This document shows positions 39,723 to 49,361 of a stretch of 64,000 bases of DNA, one piece after another. Position 1 is the first letter of the stretch, and each line of letters opens with the position of its first letter. Where the stretch lies: the IMG/VR virus record IMGVR_UViG_3300020429_000539, positions 396,263 through 460,262 of that record; one strand, given 5' to 3'. Source of the DNA: a virus (lineage: Duplodnaviria > Heunggongvirae > Uroviricota > Caudoviricetes). The translations under genes were made by a program, and so were the position numbers. Below the pieces are notes generated by a model. It was not told the origin of the DNA, did no database searches, and saw only the letters and a list, made by a program, of their open reading frames with translations.

Positions 39723-40424
39723 ATGGCAGAACTAGGTGTAAAACTCAACTATGGTAACAAGGATTTCAAGCTGTATGTATATCCAGAAATGCGAACCAAT
39801 AAGAAAACGGGAAAGAAAGAGCCCGTAGATAGTATTAGTCGTCGTATCTGGGAGAACAAGCAGTTCTACGAGATCGATAAGATAGAAGACTATCTCAAGT
39901 TCATGAACAATGACGCTGTTGTATTTGATTGTGGAGCTAACATCGGAAATCACTCAGTTTTCTGGGGAGCGCACTGCAAAGAAGTCCATGCGTTCGAGGC
40001 TTTCCCATCAAACTATAAACTCCTCAAGAGAAACATGAAAGAGAATAATATTGCAGGACAAGCCTATCGTGTCCTTCTTGGCAATTCACCAGGTAAATAT
40101 AAGGTTGTTACCACGGAAGTTAGTCGTGGCGCAACTTGCTTTGAGCCCGACCCGAACGGCGAGTATACCTCGATGCGTCTTGATGATGTTGTCGATGAAA
40201 GCGTCAGGCCTACTTTCGTGAAGATAGATGTAGAAGGCGATGAACTTGAACTTCTCAAGGGCGCAAGTCGCATCCTTGAAGAGAGCCATCCCGTTTTGTG
40301 GATTGAGATTCATTACTTCTATCACGATGACATGGATGATCAGGTTCTTGCAGAGTTGTCAAAGTATGGGTATAAAGAAGGCGTTGATGTCTTTCTAACT
40401 CGTAGGACGAAAAAGAAGAAGTGA
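39723..40424 (+). CDS. FkbM-family methyltransferase (paralog of 35597)
   Basis: DCGANIGNHSVFWGAHCKEVHAFE identical to 35597; KIDVEGDE. Confidence 0.9.
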   Translation: MAELGVKLNYGNKDFKLYVYPEMRTNKKTGKKEPVDSISRRIWENKQFYEIDKIEDYLKFMNNDAVVFDCGANIGNHSVFWGAHCKEVHAFEAFPSNYKLLKRNMKENNIAGQAYRVLLGNSPGKYKVVTTEVSRGATCFEPDPNGEYTSMRLDDVVDESVRPTFVKIDVEGDELELLKGASRILEESHPVLWIEIHYFYHDDMDDQVLAELSKYGYKEGVDVFLTRRTKKKK

Positions 40425-40897
40425 AGTATGTAGGCATCAAAAACTCAGCACAGAAGTCCGAGCTTCTGAGGAAGGCCAAGAAAATTGGCAAGATAACGAC
40501 AGTTCAGTTACCTGCTATCGCAGGAGGCGACTGTAGCCGTCACCGAGAACTGCTTGCGATGTTCGATGCAGGCGAAACAGATTTTCGTGAAGCTGAATAC
40601 TACAAGTATCAGAAAAGCAACGGCAAGAAACACGCTCAGATTATTGAGAAGATAGAGCGGTTTCGTAAGACCTATGAGTCAATCAGAAAGAAGGGTTACG
40701 ACTACCGCCAGGGTCATATTGTTGTGACATCAAATGGCGCAAGGCTAGATGGCTCGCATCGTTCGTCGATTGTCGAGCATCTTGGCTTTAAAGAACTTGA
40801 TGTTTTAATGGTTGACTGGGAGTCAGTCTTTCCGAAATCAAAACTCAGGGATGTATACGCTCATATCGAAGAACAGCAAAAGAGGTATAACTTATGA
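40421..40897 (+). CDS. ParB/Srx-fold-like protein
   Basis: F...YESIRKKGY...I.V....RLDGSHR.SI...LG. Confidence 0.7.
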   Translation: MKYVGIKNSAQKSELLRKAKKIGKITTVQLPAIAGGDCSRHRELLAMFDAGETDFREAEYYKYQKSNGKKHAQIIEKIERFRKTYESIRKKGYDYRQGHIVVTSNGARLDGSHRSSIVEHLGFKELDVLMVDWESVFPKSKLRDVYAHIEEQQKRYNL

Positions 40898-41811
40898 AAT
40901 GTTTGATGCTTACGGACAAGAGACACTGGGCTTATGAGAGCATCGGAAAGAATCTTGTTAAGTACAATACAGATAATTCGGTTGAGTTGTCTTACACTCA
41001 TATCAAGGGCAATGTTGAAAACATTAGGAAGATTTATACTAAGTATGACCGTGTTCTCGTGATGGGATGGCAGAACTATAAGCTTGTCGATTTCTTGCCC
41101 AAGAAACATACCTTGATTGGCATACATGGACATCATGCATGGGATAATCGCAAGACTCAGCCAGATAGGGACGTTACCCCTCCAAAAGAACTGGTTGATT
41201 TTCTAAATCAGTTTATCAGAGTTAATACTGTCTCTCGCAAGCTTGACCGTATCTTCAGAAAAGCTGGTGTTGAGAAGTTAATCTATACAGCGAATGGTGT
41301 AGATAGTAAGCTTTTTATTCCTCGACCAAGCGGAAACAAAGAGTTTACCGTGGGTTACTCTGGTTCTTCTGCTCACGATTGGCGAAAGGGTGTGACCGAG
41401 TTCATGAAGCCAGCAGCAAAGAAGGCAGGCGTCAAACTCAAGGTTGCTATGCTAGCCACTGAACATCATATCACGCTTGAAGAGATGCCCGCTTTCTACC
41501 AGGCGCTTGACGGGTATCTTTGTGCTTCATCATCTGAGGGTTTTTCGCTGAGTGTTTTAGAAGCGGCTTCATGTGGTCTGCCAATCGTCTCGACTCGTGT
41601 GGGTGGTTGTGAGGATTTGATTGATGATAAAGTAAACGGCTTTTTGGTCGATAGGAATGTGGATGCGATTGCAGATAGGCTGAGGCTACTTAAGGACAAT
41701 GTAGACCGTCGAAAAGAGATAGGCGAAGCCATGAGAAAGACTATCGAGGACAAATACTGCTGGAGCAAGCGAACGCAAGATTGGATTGATTTTTGCAAAG
41801 GAGAAGCGTAA
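40894..41811 (+). CDS. GT4 glycosyltransferase
   Basis: ANGVD, VGYSG, S.SEGFSLSVLEAASCGLP.VSTRVGG. Confidence 0.9.
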   Translation: MKCLMLTDKRHWAYESIGKNLVKYNTDNSVELSYTHIKGNVENIRKIYTKYDRVLVMGWQNYKLVDFLPKKHTLIGIHGHHAWDNRKTQPDRDVTPPKELVDFLNQFIRVNTVSRKLDRIFRKAGVEKLIYTANGVDSKLFIPRPSGNKEFTVGYSGSSAHDWRKGVTEFMKPAAKKAGVKLKVAMLATEHHITLEEMPAFYQALDGYLCASSSEGFSLSVLEAASCGLPIVSTRVGGCEDLIDDKVNGFLVDRNVDAIADRLRLLKDNVDRRKEIGEAMRKTIEDKYCWSKRTQDWIDFCKGEA

Positions 41812-42392
41812 TGGCTTGGACACCAGGACATGAACTAAAATATTGGCGAAAGAATGGCCTTAGCAAAGGTTCGCATATCTACAAAAACTATTTTGATAGT
41901 TTCAAGCTTGCAGAACATAGTTTTTACGGTAAGAAGGTCGCAGATGTCGGGTGCGGCCCCTTCGGTGGCGTTCTTATCGAGCTTGAAGGGGCAGACGTTT
42001 ACCCTATTGATGTTTTGGCAGATGAATATAATGCCATGAAGGTCTCTAAAGTCAAGATACATAAGGGCGATCTATCTGAAAAGCTTCCATTTGAGGATGG
42101 CTTCTTTGATTATGCAATTTGTACCAATGCGATTGACCACATTCCTGACATGCTGCATGGAATGAAGGAACTCAACCGCATCCTTACAACTGGCGGAACA
42201 CTTTTCTTGCACGTTCATTTGCGCAGCAAGGAAGAACTCAACAAGGCTCATGTTCATACGCTCGACCTCAAGAAGGCCGCGAAGCTTGCAAATGATGCGG
42301 GCTTTGAAGTCTTGCAAAATCAGAAAGACACCGACTGGGTTAATGATGAGCCCGAACGAGACGCCACTTATATGATACTCAGAAAGGCCTAA
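41811..42392 (+). CDS. Class I SAM methyltransferase (Methyltransf_11-like)
   Basis: VADVGCGPFG, LPFEDGFFD, NAIDH, RIL..GG. Confidence 0.88.
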   Translation: MAWTPGHELKYWRKNGLSKGSHIYKNYFDSFKLAEHSFYGKKVADVGCGPFGGVLIELEGADVYPIDVLADEYNAMKVSKVKIHKGDLSEKLPFEDGFFDYAICTNAIDHIPDMLHGMKELNRILTTGGTLFLHVHLRSKEELNKAHVHTLDLKKAAKLANDAGFEVLQNQKDTDWVNDEPERDATYMILRKA

Positions 42393-42393
42393 T

Positions 42394-43329
42394 ATGCTTG
42401 ATAGGTTACTCGTTATATTCTCTAACTACGATGGCTACCGAACGTCTAACGACCTGAAAGAGCCAAGAGTCAAAGTCATGATTGACTCGTTTATTGAGAC
42501 ATGCGGCGACCCCTCAAGAATTCACGCCTTACTACTTGATAATGGCTCAACCGATGGTTCTGAGAAAATTCTTCAAGACTATCAGTCGAATACTTGGATG
42601 TATCGAAGGAAGACAACAGAAGACTACTATCTTGGCACGCTCAACAAGCTTCTTCATGAGTATCAGAGTCAGTATGATTATATGATGGTTATAGACAATG
42701 ACCAATACTTTTTTCGACCTAACTACCTTGAGCGCACTTTACAGATATTTGAAGAGGAACCTGAAATTATTGCTGTTCATCTCAAGGAACACACTAAGAA
42801 CGAAGAACTAGATTCACACCCCGGTAAGAAGGGTATCGCAGGTATATACGATAAGATACGACCTGTTCTTGGGAGCTATTGGGGTCGCGCTCCTATCTTC
42901 GAGCCAACCGATCCTTTTTTCAAGCCTGCGCCAGATAGAAGAGGCATGGGTGTAGTCGATCTTGCAGGCTTCGCTCCTAAGCGAGTATGCTGGATGTATT
43001 ACGGTTACTCAAACGTAGTAATACGAACAAACCCTTTTGTTGAGGTATTCAAGCGTAAAGGTCTTGAGTTGCCGTTCAAGTCCAATCCTGATCGCTTAGC
43101 TTTATTCTCATCGACAGCGACACGATTTGGTCGTTCTGCGCAGTTACTACAGGGAGCCTCAATTAACTTTGGTTTTAGAAAACATATCAAGCCTAGCGTA
43201 AGCGTCAAGAAGATGATCAATGATTATAGGAAGGGCTATGGAAGTCTCAACATGAGCGATAAATACTCTTTCTACTATGACAGCGGGAGGCTTGGTCCAG
43301 TGAGCAGGCAGATAGGAGCATTAGCATGA
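42394..43329 (+). CDS. GT2-like glycosyltransferase
   Basis: LLDNGSTDGS, YMMVIDND. Confidence 0.75.
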   Translation: MLDRLLVIFSNYDGYRTSNDLKEPRVKVMIDSFIETCGDPSRIHALLLDNGSTDGSEKILQDYQSNTWMYRRKTTEDYYLGTLNKLLHEYQSQYDYMMVIDNDQYFFRPNYLERTLQIFEEEPEIIAVHLKEHTKNEELDSHPGKKGIAGIYDKIRPVLGSYWGRAPIFEPTDPFFKPAPDRRGMGVVDLAGFAPKRVCWMYYGYSNVVIRTNPFVEVFKRKGLELPFKSNPDRLALFSSTATRFGRSAQLLQGASINFGFRKHIKPSVSVKKMINDYRKGYGSLNMSDKYSFYYDSGRLGPVSRQIGALA

Positions 43330-44600
43330 GTATGTTGAAGACGAGGCAGACATGCCGCATCTGTGGCGGGCCTTTAGCCGAGATACTCGACCTCGGTAAG
43401 CATCATCTTGTTGGTTATGTCGGGGCGGAAGGTCATGAGCCTATTAAGCGTAAGGTTCCTCTTGTTCTTTGTCGCTGCGATACAGTAAACAACGAGAACG
43501 GCTGTGGTCTTGTTCAACTTCGTCACACAACTCCTGGCAAGCTTATGTATCCTCGATACTTCTATCGTTCTGGTATTAATAGAACAATGACAGAGCATCT
43601 TCATGGCATTGTTGAAGGTATTCATGAGTTCTTTGAAAGAGAGGAAAGCCCCTTAGAGAAGAATGATATGATTATCGATGTTGGTTGCAATGATGGTACG
43701 AGTTTGAAATACTGGAAGTCAAAGAGCTACGAAAACTTGTTCGGTTTTGACCCTGCGAAAAATATGCTTGAGTTCTCTGCTGAATCAGGCGCGAATATCA
43801 CAACTGATTATTTCAATCTAGAGAACATGGGTAGAGTAAGGGCTTTTGGCGCTAAGGTTATCACGAGTATAGCGATGTTCTATGATCTTGAAGACCCCAA
43901 TGAGTTTGTTCGTGATATTGGTCTTGCATTAGATAGTAAGGGTATATGGGTGTTTGAACAATCTTATTTACCTTCTATGCTGAGCCAGAATGCATACGAT
44001 ACTATATGTCATGAGCATATTGAATACTATAGTTTAGCAACCATTCAGCATCTTCTTCGTAAAAATGGTATGGAGGTTGTTGACGTTCATCTAAATGATA
44101 TAAATGGTGGTAGTTTTCAAGTTTATGCTGCTAAGAGAAAAGCATTCAAGATTCAACCAGAAGCCGAAAAGCGGATACAGTCTTTGCTAGAAAGGGAGTT
44201 TGAGCTTGCTCTTGATAGCGAAGAACCCTTCGACGCTTTCAAGGAGCGTGTAGAGTCAAACAATAAGCAGTTGGTTGACTTTCTCAAGCAGGCGAAGGCG
44301 GAAGGCAAAACCGTATATGCGTATGGAGCCTCAACGAAGGGGGCTATCACGCTACAAGTCTGTGGCATAACCAATGAACTCATCAAGGGCTGCGCCGATC
44401 GTAATCCGATGAAATGGGGTACAGAGATTATGGGTACGGGGATACCTATTGTCTCTGAGGATGAGGCACGAGCCGATAAGCCTGACTATTTCCTTGCTCT
44501 TCCATGGCACTTCATGGAGGAGTTCAAAGAGCGAGAGCAGAGTTTTCGTGACCACGGCGGCAAGTGGGTTGTTCCAATGCCAGAGTTCAAGGTGTTCTAA
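43326..44600 (+). CDS. NDP-sugar C-methyltransferase (C-3 type, Methyltransf_13/14 architecture)
   Basis: N-terminal CRICG...C...CGLVQL, IDVGCNDG, YDTICHEHIEYY, YGASTKG, PDYFL.LPWHF, VPMPE. Confidence 0.9.
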   Translation: MSMLKTRQTCRICGGPLAEILDLGKHHLVGYVGAEGHEPIKRKVPLVLCRCDTVNNENGCGLVQLRHTTPGKLMYPRYFYRSGINRTMTEHLHGIVEGIHEFFEREESPLEKNDMIIDVGCNDGTSLKYWKSKSYENLFGFDPAKNMLEFSAESGANITTDYFNLENMGRVRAFGAKVITSIAMFYDLEDPNEFVRDIGLALDSKGIWVFEQSYLPSMLSQNAYDTICHEHIEYYSLATIQHLLRKNGMEVVDVHLNDINGGSFQVYAAKRKAFKIQPEAEKRIQSLLEREFELALDSEEPFDAFKERVESNNKQLVDFLKQAKAEGKTVYAYGASTKGAITLQVCGITNELIKGCADRNPMKWGTEIMGTGIPIVSEDEARADKPDYFLALPWHFMEEFKEREQSFRDHGGKWVVPMPEFKVF

Positions 44601-44995
44601 TGGCGATTGAAGACGATATCAAGCGAGTTCTTTCTGTAGGCGACCTAATAGATAGGTACTTGATTGTTCAAATCAAAATACGCAAACTTGATGCGTCTGT
44701 TCGAGAGGCTCTAAAAGAGGAAGCCAGGGCTCTGTCCGCTGTCATTATGTATTGCACACAACATCTTTCGGAGGAGGAGCAGCTTCGTCTTGGTTCCTAT
44801 CAAGATATGCTGTTTGGCATTCTCTCTAGGCAGTGGGAGACCCTTGATAAGGTGCGAGATAGCAATTCAGATGCGGAAAGAGGAAGAAAGGCGGTTGAAG
44901 CGCAAGACATAAATATCGAGCGAGTGGATGCCAAGAACAAAATTAACAAACTGTGCGGGTCTTTCCCTGAATTTAAGAGGTACGGAAACTCATGA
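44600..44995 (+). CDS. Helical-bundle protein (DUF4254/DUF6165-like)
   Basis: SVGDLIDR..I.QIK...N.ER...KNKIN pattern. Confidence 0.6.
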   Translation: MAIEDDIKRVLSVGDLIDRYLIVQIKIRKLDASVREALKEEARALSAVIMYCTQHLSEEEQLRLGSYQDMLFGILSRQWETLDKVRDSNSDAERGRKAVEAQDINIERVDAKNKINKLCGSFPEFKRYGNS

Positions 44996-45741
44996 TACAA
45001 AGATACTCAGCTAACAACGTGAGAGAAGCTATAGTTAGGCTAACCAATAAGCCTGGTAAGAAATGGGCGTATGACCGACCCGAAGATGAAGGCAAGCCAG
45101 CTTTTGAGCGGTGTATCGAGAATCCATGGACTTTAGACAAGATTTCATCTATTGATAAAGACCTTTCAGGGGCCAAAATGTTTGATTTTGGTTGCAACAA
45201 AGCCAAGTATGTACAAGCAGCTAAAAAAATGCATAAGTTGAAGACATATGGCATTGATGCAAAACCCGAAGGCAAACGATACGTAGACTACTTTTTTGAG
45301 GGCCAATATGACGATGCCTTGGAACGCAAGATTATCAGAGAAGGCCCATACGCTATAGCGACTTCTATCTCGTCTGTGGAGCATGCGGGCCATGACCTCC
45401 ATCCCAATGAAGGCGCTATACGCAGATATCAATATCGCATATGTAAGATGATGATAGAGAACTCGGAGTATTTCTTTCTTACGGTTCCATTCGGTCAGCG
45501 ACCAGGTTGGGCTAAGGATGAGAGTCGCAAGAACCTCTATCAGTTCAACCCTGAGATGCTTGACTATATCAAGGCGGTGGCTGAAGCTGAAGGCAAGAAC
45601 TATCTAGAAGAGGTCTACAAGCTTGAGGGCGACAAATGGGTCATCTCGGATAGAGATGCTGCCGCTGATTGTCGATACAGGGGAAATAAGCTTGGCGCGA
45701 CAGCTATAGCATTGGTTTCTGTATGGAGCGAAGATGAGTAA
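44992..45741 (+). CDS. Putative SAM-dependent methyltransferase
   Basis: MFDFGCN, YGID, ISSVEHAG, FLTVPFG. Confidence 0.65.
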   Translation: MIQRYSANNVREAIVRLTNKPGKKWAYDRPEDEGKPAFERCIENPWTLDKISSIDKDLSGAKMFDFGCNKAKYVQAAKKMHKLKTYGIDAKPEGKRYVDYFFEGQYDDALERKIIREGPYAIATSISSVEHAGHDLHPNEGAIRRYQYRICKMMIENSEYFFLTVPFGQRPGWAKDESRKNLYQFNPEMLDYIKAVAEAEGKNYLEEVYKLEGDKWVISDRDAAADCRYRGNKLGATAIALVSVWSEDE

Positions 45742-46756
45742 GACAGCATTGATAACAGGGCTCACGGGACAAGATGGCTCCTACATGGCCGAGTTGCTTC
45801 TTAAGGATGGATATGATGTGCATGGTCTTGTGCGTCGAAGTTCTATAGACAAATTTGACCGTCTTGAAGAGGGCGACATTTTGGATAAGATTACTATTCA
45901 TGAGGGCGACATGGGAGACCCTGTTAGCCTAAGCAATCTTATCTCCGAAATACGACCACATGAGCTATACAACTTCGCAGCGATGTCGGATGTTCCATTC
46001 TCATTTGTGTCTCCATTCTATACAGAGATAGTTAACTCTTTGAGCGTTATGGTTATGCTTGAGGCTATCAAGCAGTCATGCTCAGAATGCAAGTTTTATC
46101 AGGCGTCATCTTCCGAGATGTATGGCAACCCTCAAGAAATCCCCCAGATAGAGTCTACTCCGCTCAAGCCTATTTCGCCGTATGCAATCTCGAAGACAAG
46201 CGCTTACCACTATGTCCGTTACTATCGAGAGGCATTTGGCCTCTTTGCGGTCAATGGCATTCTGTTCAATCATGAGAGCCCTCGTCGAGGCGACAAGTTC
46301 GTAACCAAGAAGATAGTTAAGCATGCGGTCGAAGTTCTGGCTGGCAAGCGAGATTGTATCTATCTTGGCAACTTGGATGCCAAAAGAGACTGGGGATACG
46401 CTGTTGATTATATGGAGGCAATTCGTCTCATGATGGCTTACGAGAGGCCAGATGATTGGGTTATCTCTACAGGAGAATCCCATTCGGTTCGGTCTTTCTG
46501 TGAGCTTGTGTTCAAGAATCTCGGTTGTGACCTTCAGTGGAATGGTAGAGGACTGAGCGAGACAGGTTCCATCGATGGGAGGACCGTAATACGAATATCG
46601 GACGATTTCTATAGGCCATCTGATATCCGTATGCTAAAAGGCAATGCATCAAAAGCCAAGCACATTCTTGGCTGGTCTCCTAAGACATCGATCGAAGGTT
46701 TGGTTGAAAAAATGGTTTCCTATGAAATAAGTCAAACTAAGGTAAGCAATGATTAA
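45734..46756 (+). CDS. gmd: GDP-mannose 4,6-dehydratase
   Basis: ALITG.TGQDGSY.AELLL..GY.VHG, QASSSE, SPYA.SK, GILFNHESPRRG, GNLDAKRDWG. Confidence 0.95.
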   Translation: MSKTALITGLTGQDGSYMAELLLKDGYDVHGLVRRSSIDKFDRLEEGDILDKITIHEGDMGDPVSLSNLISEIRPHELYNFAAMSDVPFSFVSPFYTEIVNSLSVMVMLEAIKQSCSECKFYQASSSEMYGNPQEIPQIESTPLKPISPYAISKTSAYHYVRYYREAFGLFAVNGILFNHESPRRGDKFVTKKIVKHAVEVLAGKRDCIYLGNLDAKRDWGYAVDYMEAIRLMMAYERPDDWVISTGESHSVRSFCELVFKNLGCDLQWNGRGLSETGSIDGRTVIRISDDFYRPSDIRMLKGNASKAKHILGWSPKTSIEGLVEKMVSYEISQTKVSND

Positions 46757-47744
46757 AGTAGGTATTAACGGCTTCGGACGAATAGGCAGGGTGTGCATGC
46801 GCATTTTGCTTGCTAGCGATGATTTTGAAGTTGTTGCCATCAATGATCCTGTAAGCACAGATAACTTGTGCTATCTTCTTAATTTTGATTCCCATTATGG
46901 TAGAATACCAGAATTTGACGCGCAGGGAAATTTCTTGATACGAGACAATATCAAGATACCAGTTCATCATGAGCTAGACATTGCCAAGGTAGACTGGAAC
47001 GGTGCAACCGTTGTAATAGACGCTTCTGGTGTAACTGAGAATGTTTATAACGCACGCAATCTTCCCGAGCAGATTACGAGTATTGTAACTCATTCTCCCA
47101 AAGACGGAGTAGATAGTTATATCGTGATGGGCGTAAACGATGCTGAATACAAAGATTCGCACAAGGTTATTTCAAGTAGCATTTGCGATGTAAACGGTGC
47201 GGCACAAGTTATAAAGCCTCTTGACGAAAAGTATGGCATCGAGAATGGTTTTGTCACGACGCTGCATCCTTGGCTGTCATATCAGAATCTTATTGATGGA
47301 CCTGTAGAAAACCAAAGCAATCCCGGCCATTCATGGCCTGATTACTCCTTGGGCAGGTCGTCAGTCGGCACGATGATACCAAAGAACACGAGCTTGATTC
47401 CTGCTCTAGACAACGTGATACCTGAAATTAGCAAGAGAGTTGATGCTATTTCTTTTCGGACTCCTACTTCAATTGTGTCAAGCGCAGACATGACCCTTAG
47501 TCTTAGGTCAGATTTCGATCTAGAAGAAGTTATAGATTTTCTACGAGGTTTGCGTTCAGAATACATCAAGGTCAACGAGCGACATCTTGTTGGTATGGAC
47601 TATTTAGCCATGGATGAAGCTGTGGCTATTGATTTGCAGTGGGTTAGAAAGATTGGTCCGATGCTGCACCTTGTTATTTGGTATGACAATGAATGGTCGT
47701 ATTGTTCGAATACTGTCAAGCTTGCAAGAAAGGTTGGTTCATGA
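46749..47744 (+). CDS. Divergent GAPDH/erythrose-4-P dehydrogenase-like enzyme
   Basis: VGINGFGRIGR, VVAIND, DS..G, catalytic motif ISSSICDVN (canonical SNASCTTN), WYDNEW.Y. Confidence 0.85.
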   Translation: MIKVGINGFGRIGRVCMRILLASDDFEVVAINDPVSTDNLCYLLNFDSHYGRIPEFDAQGNFLIRDNIKIPVHHELDIAKVDWNGATVVIDASGVTENVYNARNLPEQITSIVTHSPKDGVDSYIVMGVNDAEYKDSHKVISSSICDVNGAAQVIKPLDEKYGIENGFVTTLHPWLSYQNLIDGPVENQSNPGHSWPDYSLGRSSVGTMIPKNTSLIPALDNVIPEISKRVDAISFRTPTSIVSSADMTLSLRSDFDLEEVIDFLRGLRSEYIKVNERHLVGMDYLAMDEAVAIDLQWVRKIGPMLHLVIWYDNEWSYCSNTVKLARKVGS

Positions 47745-48484
47745 GTATAGCATCTTTGTTAATAGGCAAGAAAAACAGTACAGGGGTTCCAGGCAAGAAC
47801 GTAAGACTCATTAACGGAGTTCGTTCAGCCGAGTATGCTTATCGTGCTTCGGAATATAGCAAGCTAATACAGCACCGCTTTGTGTCTACCGATTGCGGCA
47901 GAATTCAGTCTATGGGCAGGCAGCATGGCTGGTCGATCATTGACCGACCAAGCGAGCTTGCGCAGCCAGAGACGCTTACCGAGGATGTCTTAAGCCATGC
48001 TCTTGAGTTCATGGATAGCGAGCTTCCTGAGCCGCCAGAAATCATTGTGCTGCATTTCTGCAACACACCCGCTATCGACCCCGTATTGATTGACGAAGGC
48101 ATACAGACGCTTCTCGATGAGCCTGAATGGAGTTCAGTGTTCTCGCTTTGTAAATTTGATATGTTTAGCCCTGTTCGCGCTCAAAAGGTTATAGATGGCG
48201 AGGTCATGCCATTTGTAGACCCCAAGCACCTTCCAGAGGCAAACTCTTTGCGGAACAGTCAGGGTGCTTGTTACTTCTTGGATTTCTCTGTCCAAGTTCT
48301 TCGTCGCGAGTGTTTCGAAAGTATGGATCGAACCGATACTATCTTTAAGTGGATGGGCAAAAAGCCCAAAGCCCTCATTCGAGACGCGAGAGTCTTCGAT
48401 ATCGATGAAGAGTGGCAGCTAGGAGTGGTAGAGGAGTGGGTCAAGAAACATGCTCAAAGTAGTAATACCGGATCACATCGTTGA
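47741..48484 (+). CDS. Second cytidylyltransferase (NeuA/KdsB-like, divergent)
   Basis: GKKNSTGVPGKN, VSTDC, DRP.ELA, FDIDEEWQ. Confidence 0.85.
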   Translation: MSIASLLIGKKNSTGVPGKNVRLINGVRSAEYAYRASEYSKLIQHRFVSTDCGRIQSMGRQHGWSIIDRPSELAQPETLTEDVLSHALEFMDSELPEPPEIIVLHFCNTPAIDPVLIDEGIQTLLDEPEWSSVFSLCKFDMFSPVRAQKVIDGEVMPFVDPKHLPEANSLRNSQGACYFLDFSVQVLRRECFESMDRTDTIFKWMGKKPKALIRDARVFDIDEEWQLGVVEEWVKKHAQSSNTGSHR

Positions 48485-49361
48485 TGATACAGAAGTTGAA
48501 AATCAAGTCTTTGGCAGTGATGCAGAGATAACTGCCTACCGTCAGCCACCTGATTCATTAGAATACCTACGAGATTTTGATGCCGTTATGCATTGGCATC
48601 ATTTTCGTGTCAATGAAGAAACGCTTGCTTACATGGATAAATGCAAGTGTGTTGTTCGTTTTGGAGCGGGCTTGGATAACGTAAACCAGGAACTCTGTAA
48701 GCAACGAGGTATACAAGTATTCAATGTTCCTGACTATGGCGTAGATGAGGTTGCTGACCATACTCTTGCTTTGATTCTCGGTCTCTCTCGTAGTATTGTA
48801 GCGCATCAGAATGACCATAGAGCGTGGGTTGACCAATACGAGCAGCCTAATATACGCTTGCAGGGCAAGACCGCAGGTATTGTTGGTCTTGGACGAATCG
48901 GCTTGGCTGTAGCTCGGCGATTGCAGGCCTTTGGAATGAACATCTTGTTCTATGACCCGTACGTCGAAGAGGGTATCGAGAAGAGTCTTGGTTTTCAGAG
49001 AACAAATAATCTAAGCAAGATAGCTGCTGTAAGCTCAGTTATCACGTTGCATGTTCCTCTAACAGAAGAAACTCATCATATGATCAATGATGAGTTCTTA
49101 CATTATGTAAACAAGGCTCCTATATTTGTCAATACTTGCCGAGGCGGTGTTGTGGATTATGATGCTCTTATTGAGGCTCACAAGGCGGGGAAGTTTCAGG
49201 GTCTAGGTATAGACGTATTCGAGACGGAGCCGCCTACAAATTTGTATAGAGACAATCGCATTATATATACGCCTCATTCTGCTTTTTATTCAGATGAATC
49301 TATTGTCGAGCTTCGCAGTAAAGCGGCGAGAAAGTGTTTGCAATGCCTGAAAAAACTCTAA
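48450..49361 (+). CDS. D-2-hydroxyacid dehydrogenase (CtBP/SerA-like)
   Basis: RFGAGLDNV, NVPDYG..EVADH, GIVGLGRIG, VNTCRG.VVD, DVFETEP, TPHSA. Confidence 0.92.
   Translation: MLKVVIPDHIVDDTEVENQVFGSDAEITAYRQPPDSLEYLRDFDAVMHWHHFRVNEETLAYMDKCKCVVRFGAGLDNVNQELCKQRGIQVFNVPDYGVDEVADHTLALILGLSRSIVAHQNDHRAWVDQYEQPNIRLQGKTAGIVGLGRIGLAVARRLQAFGMNILFYDPYVEEGIEKSLGFQRTNNLSKIAAVSSVITLHVPLTEETHHMINDEFLHYVNKAPIFVNTCRGGVVDYDALIEAHKAGKFQGLGIDVFETEPPTNLYRDNRIIYTPHSAFYSDESIVELRSKAARKCLQCLKKL

Noticed and set aside
46749-47744. Glycolytic gapA as an auxiliary metabolic gene
   Set aside because: The active-site motif is divergent and the context is sugar-nucleotide synthesis, so no gene symbol was assigned.
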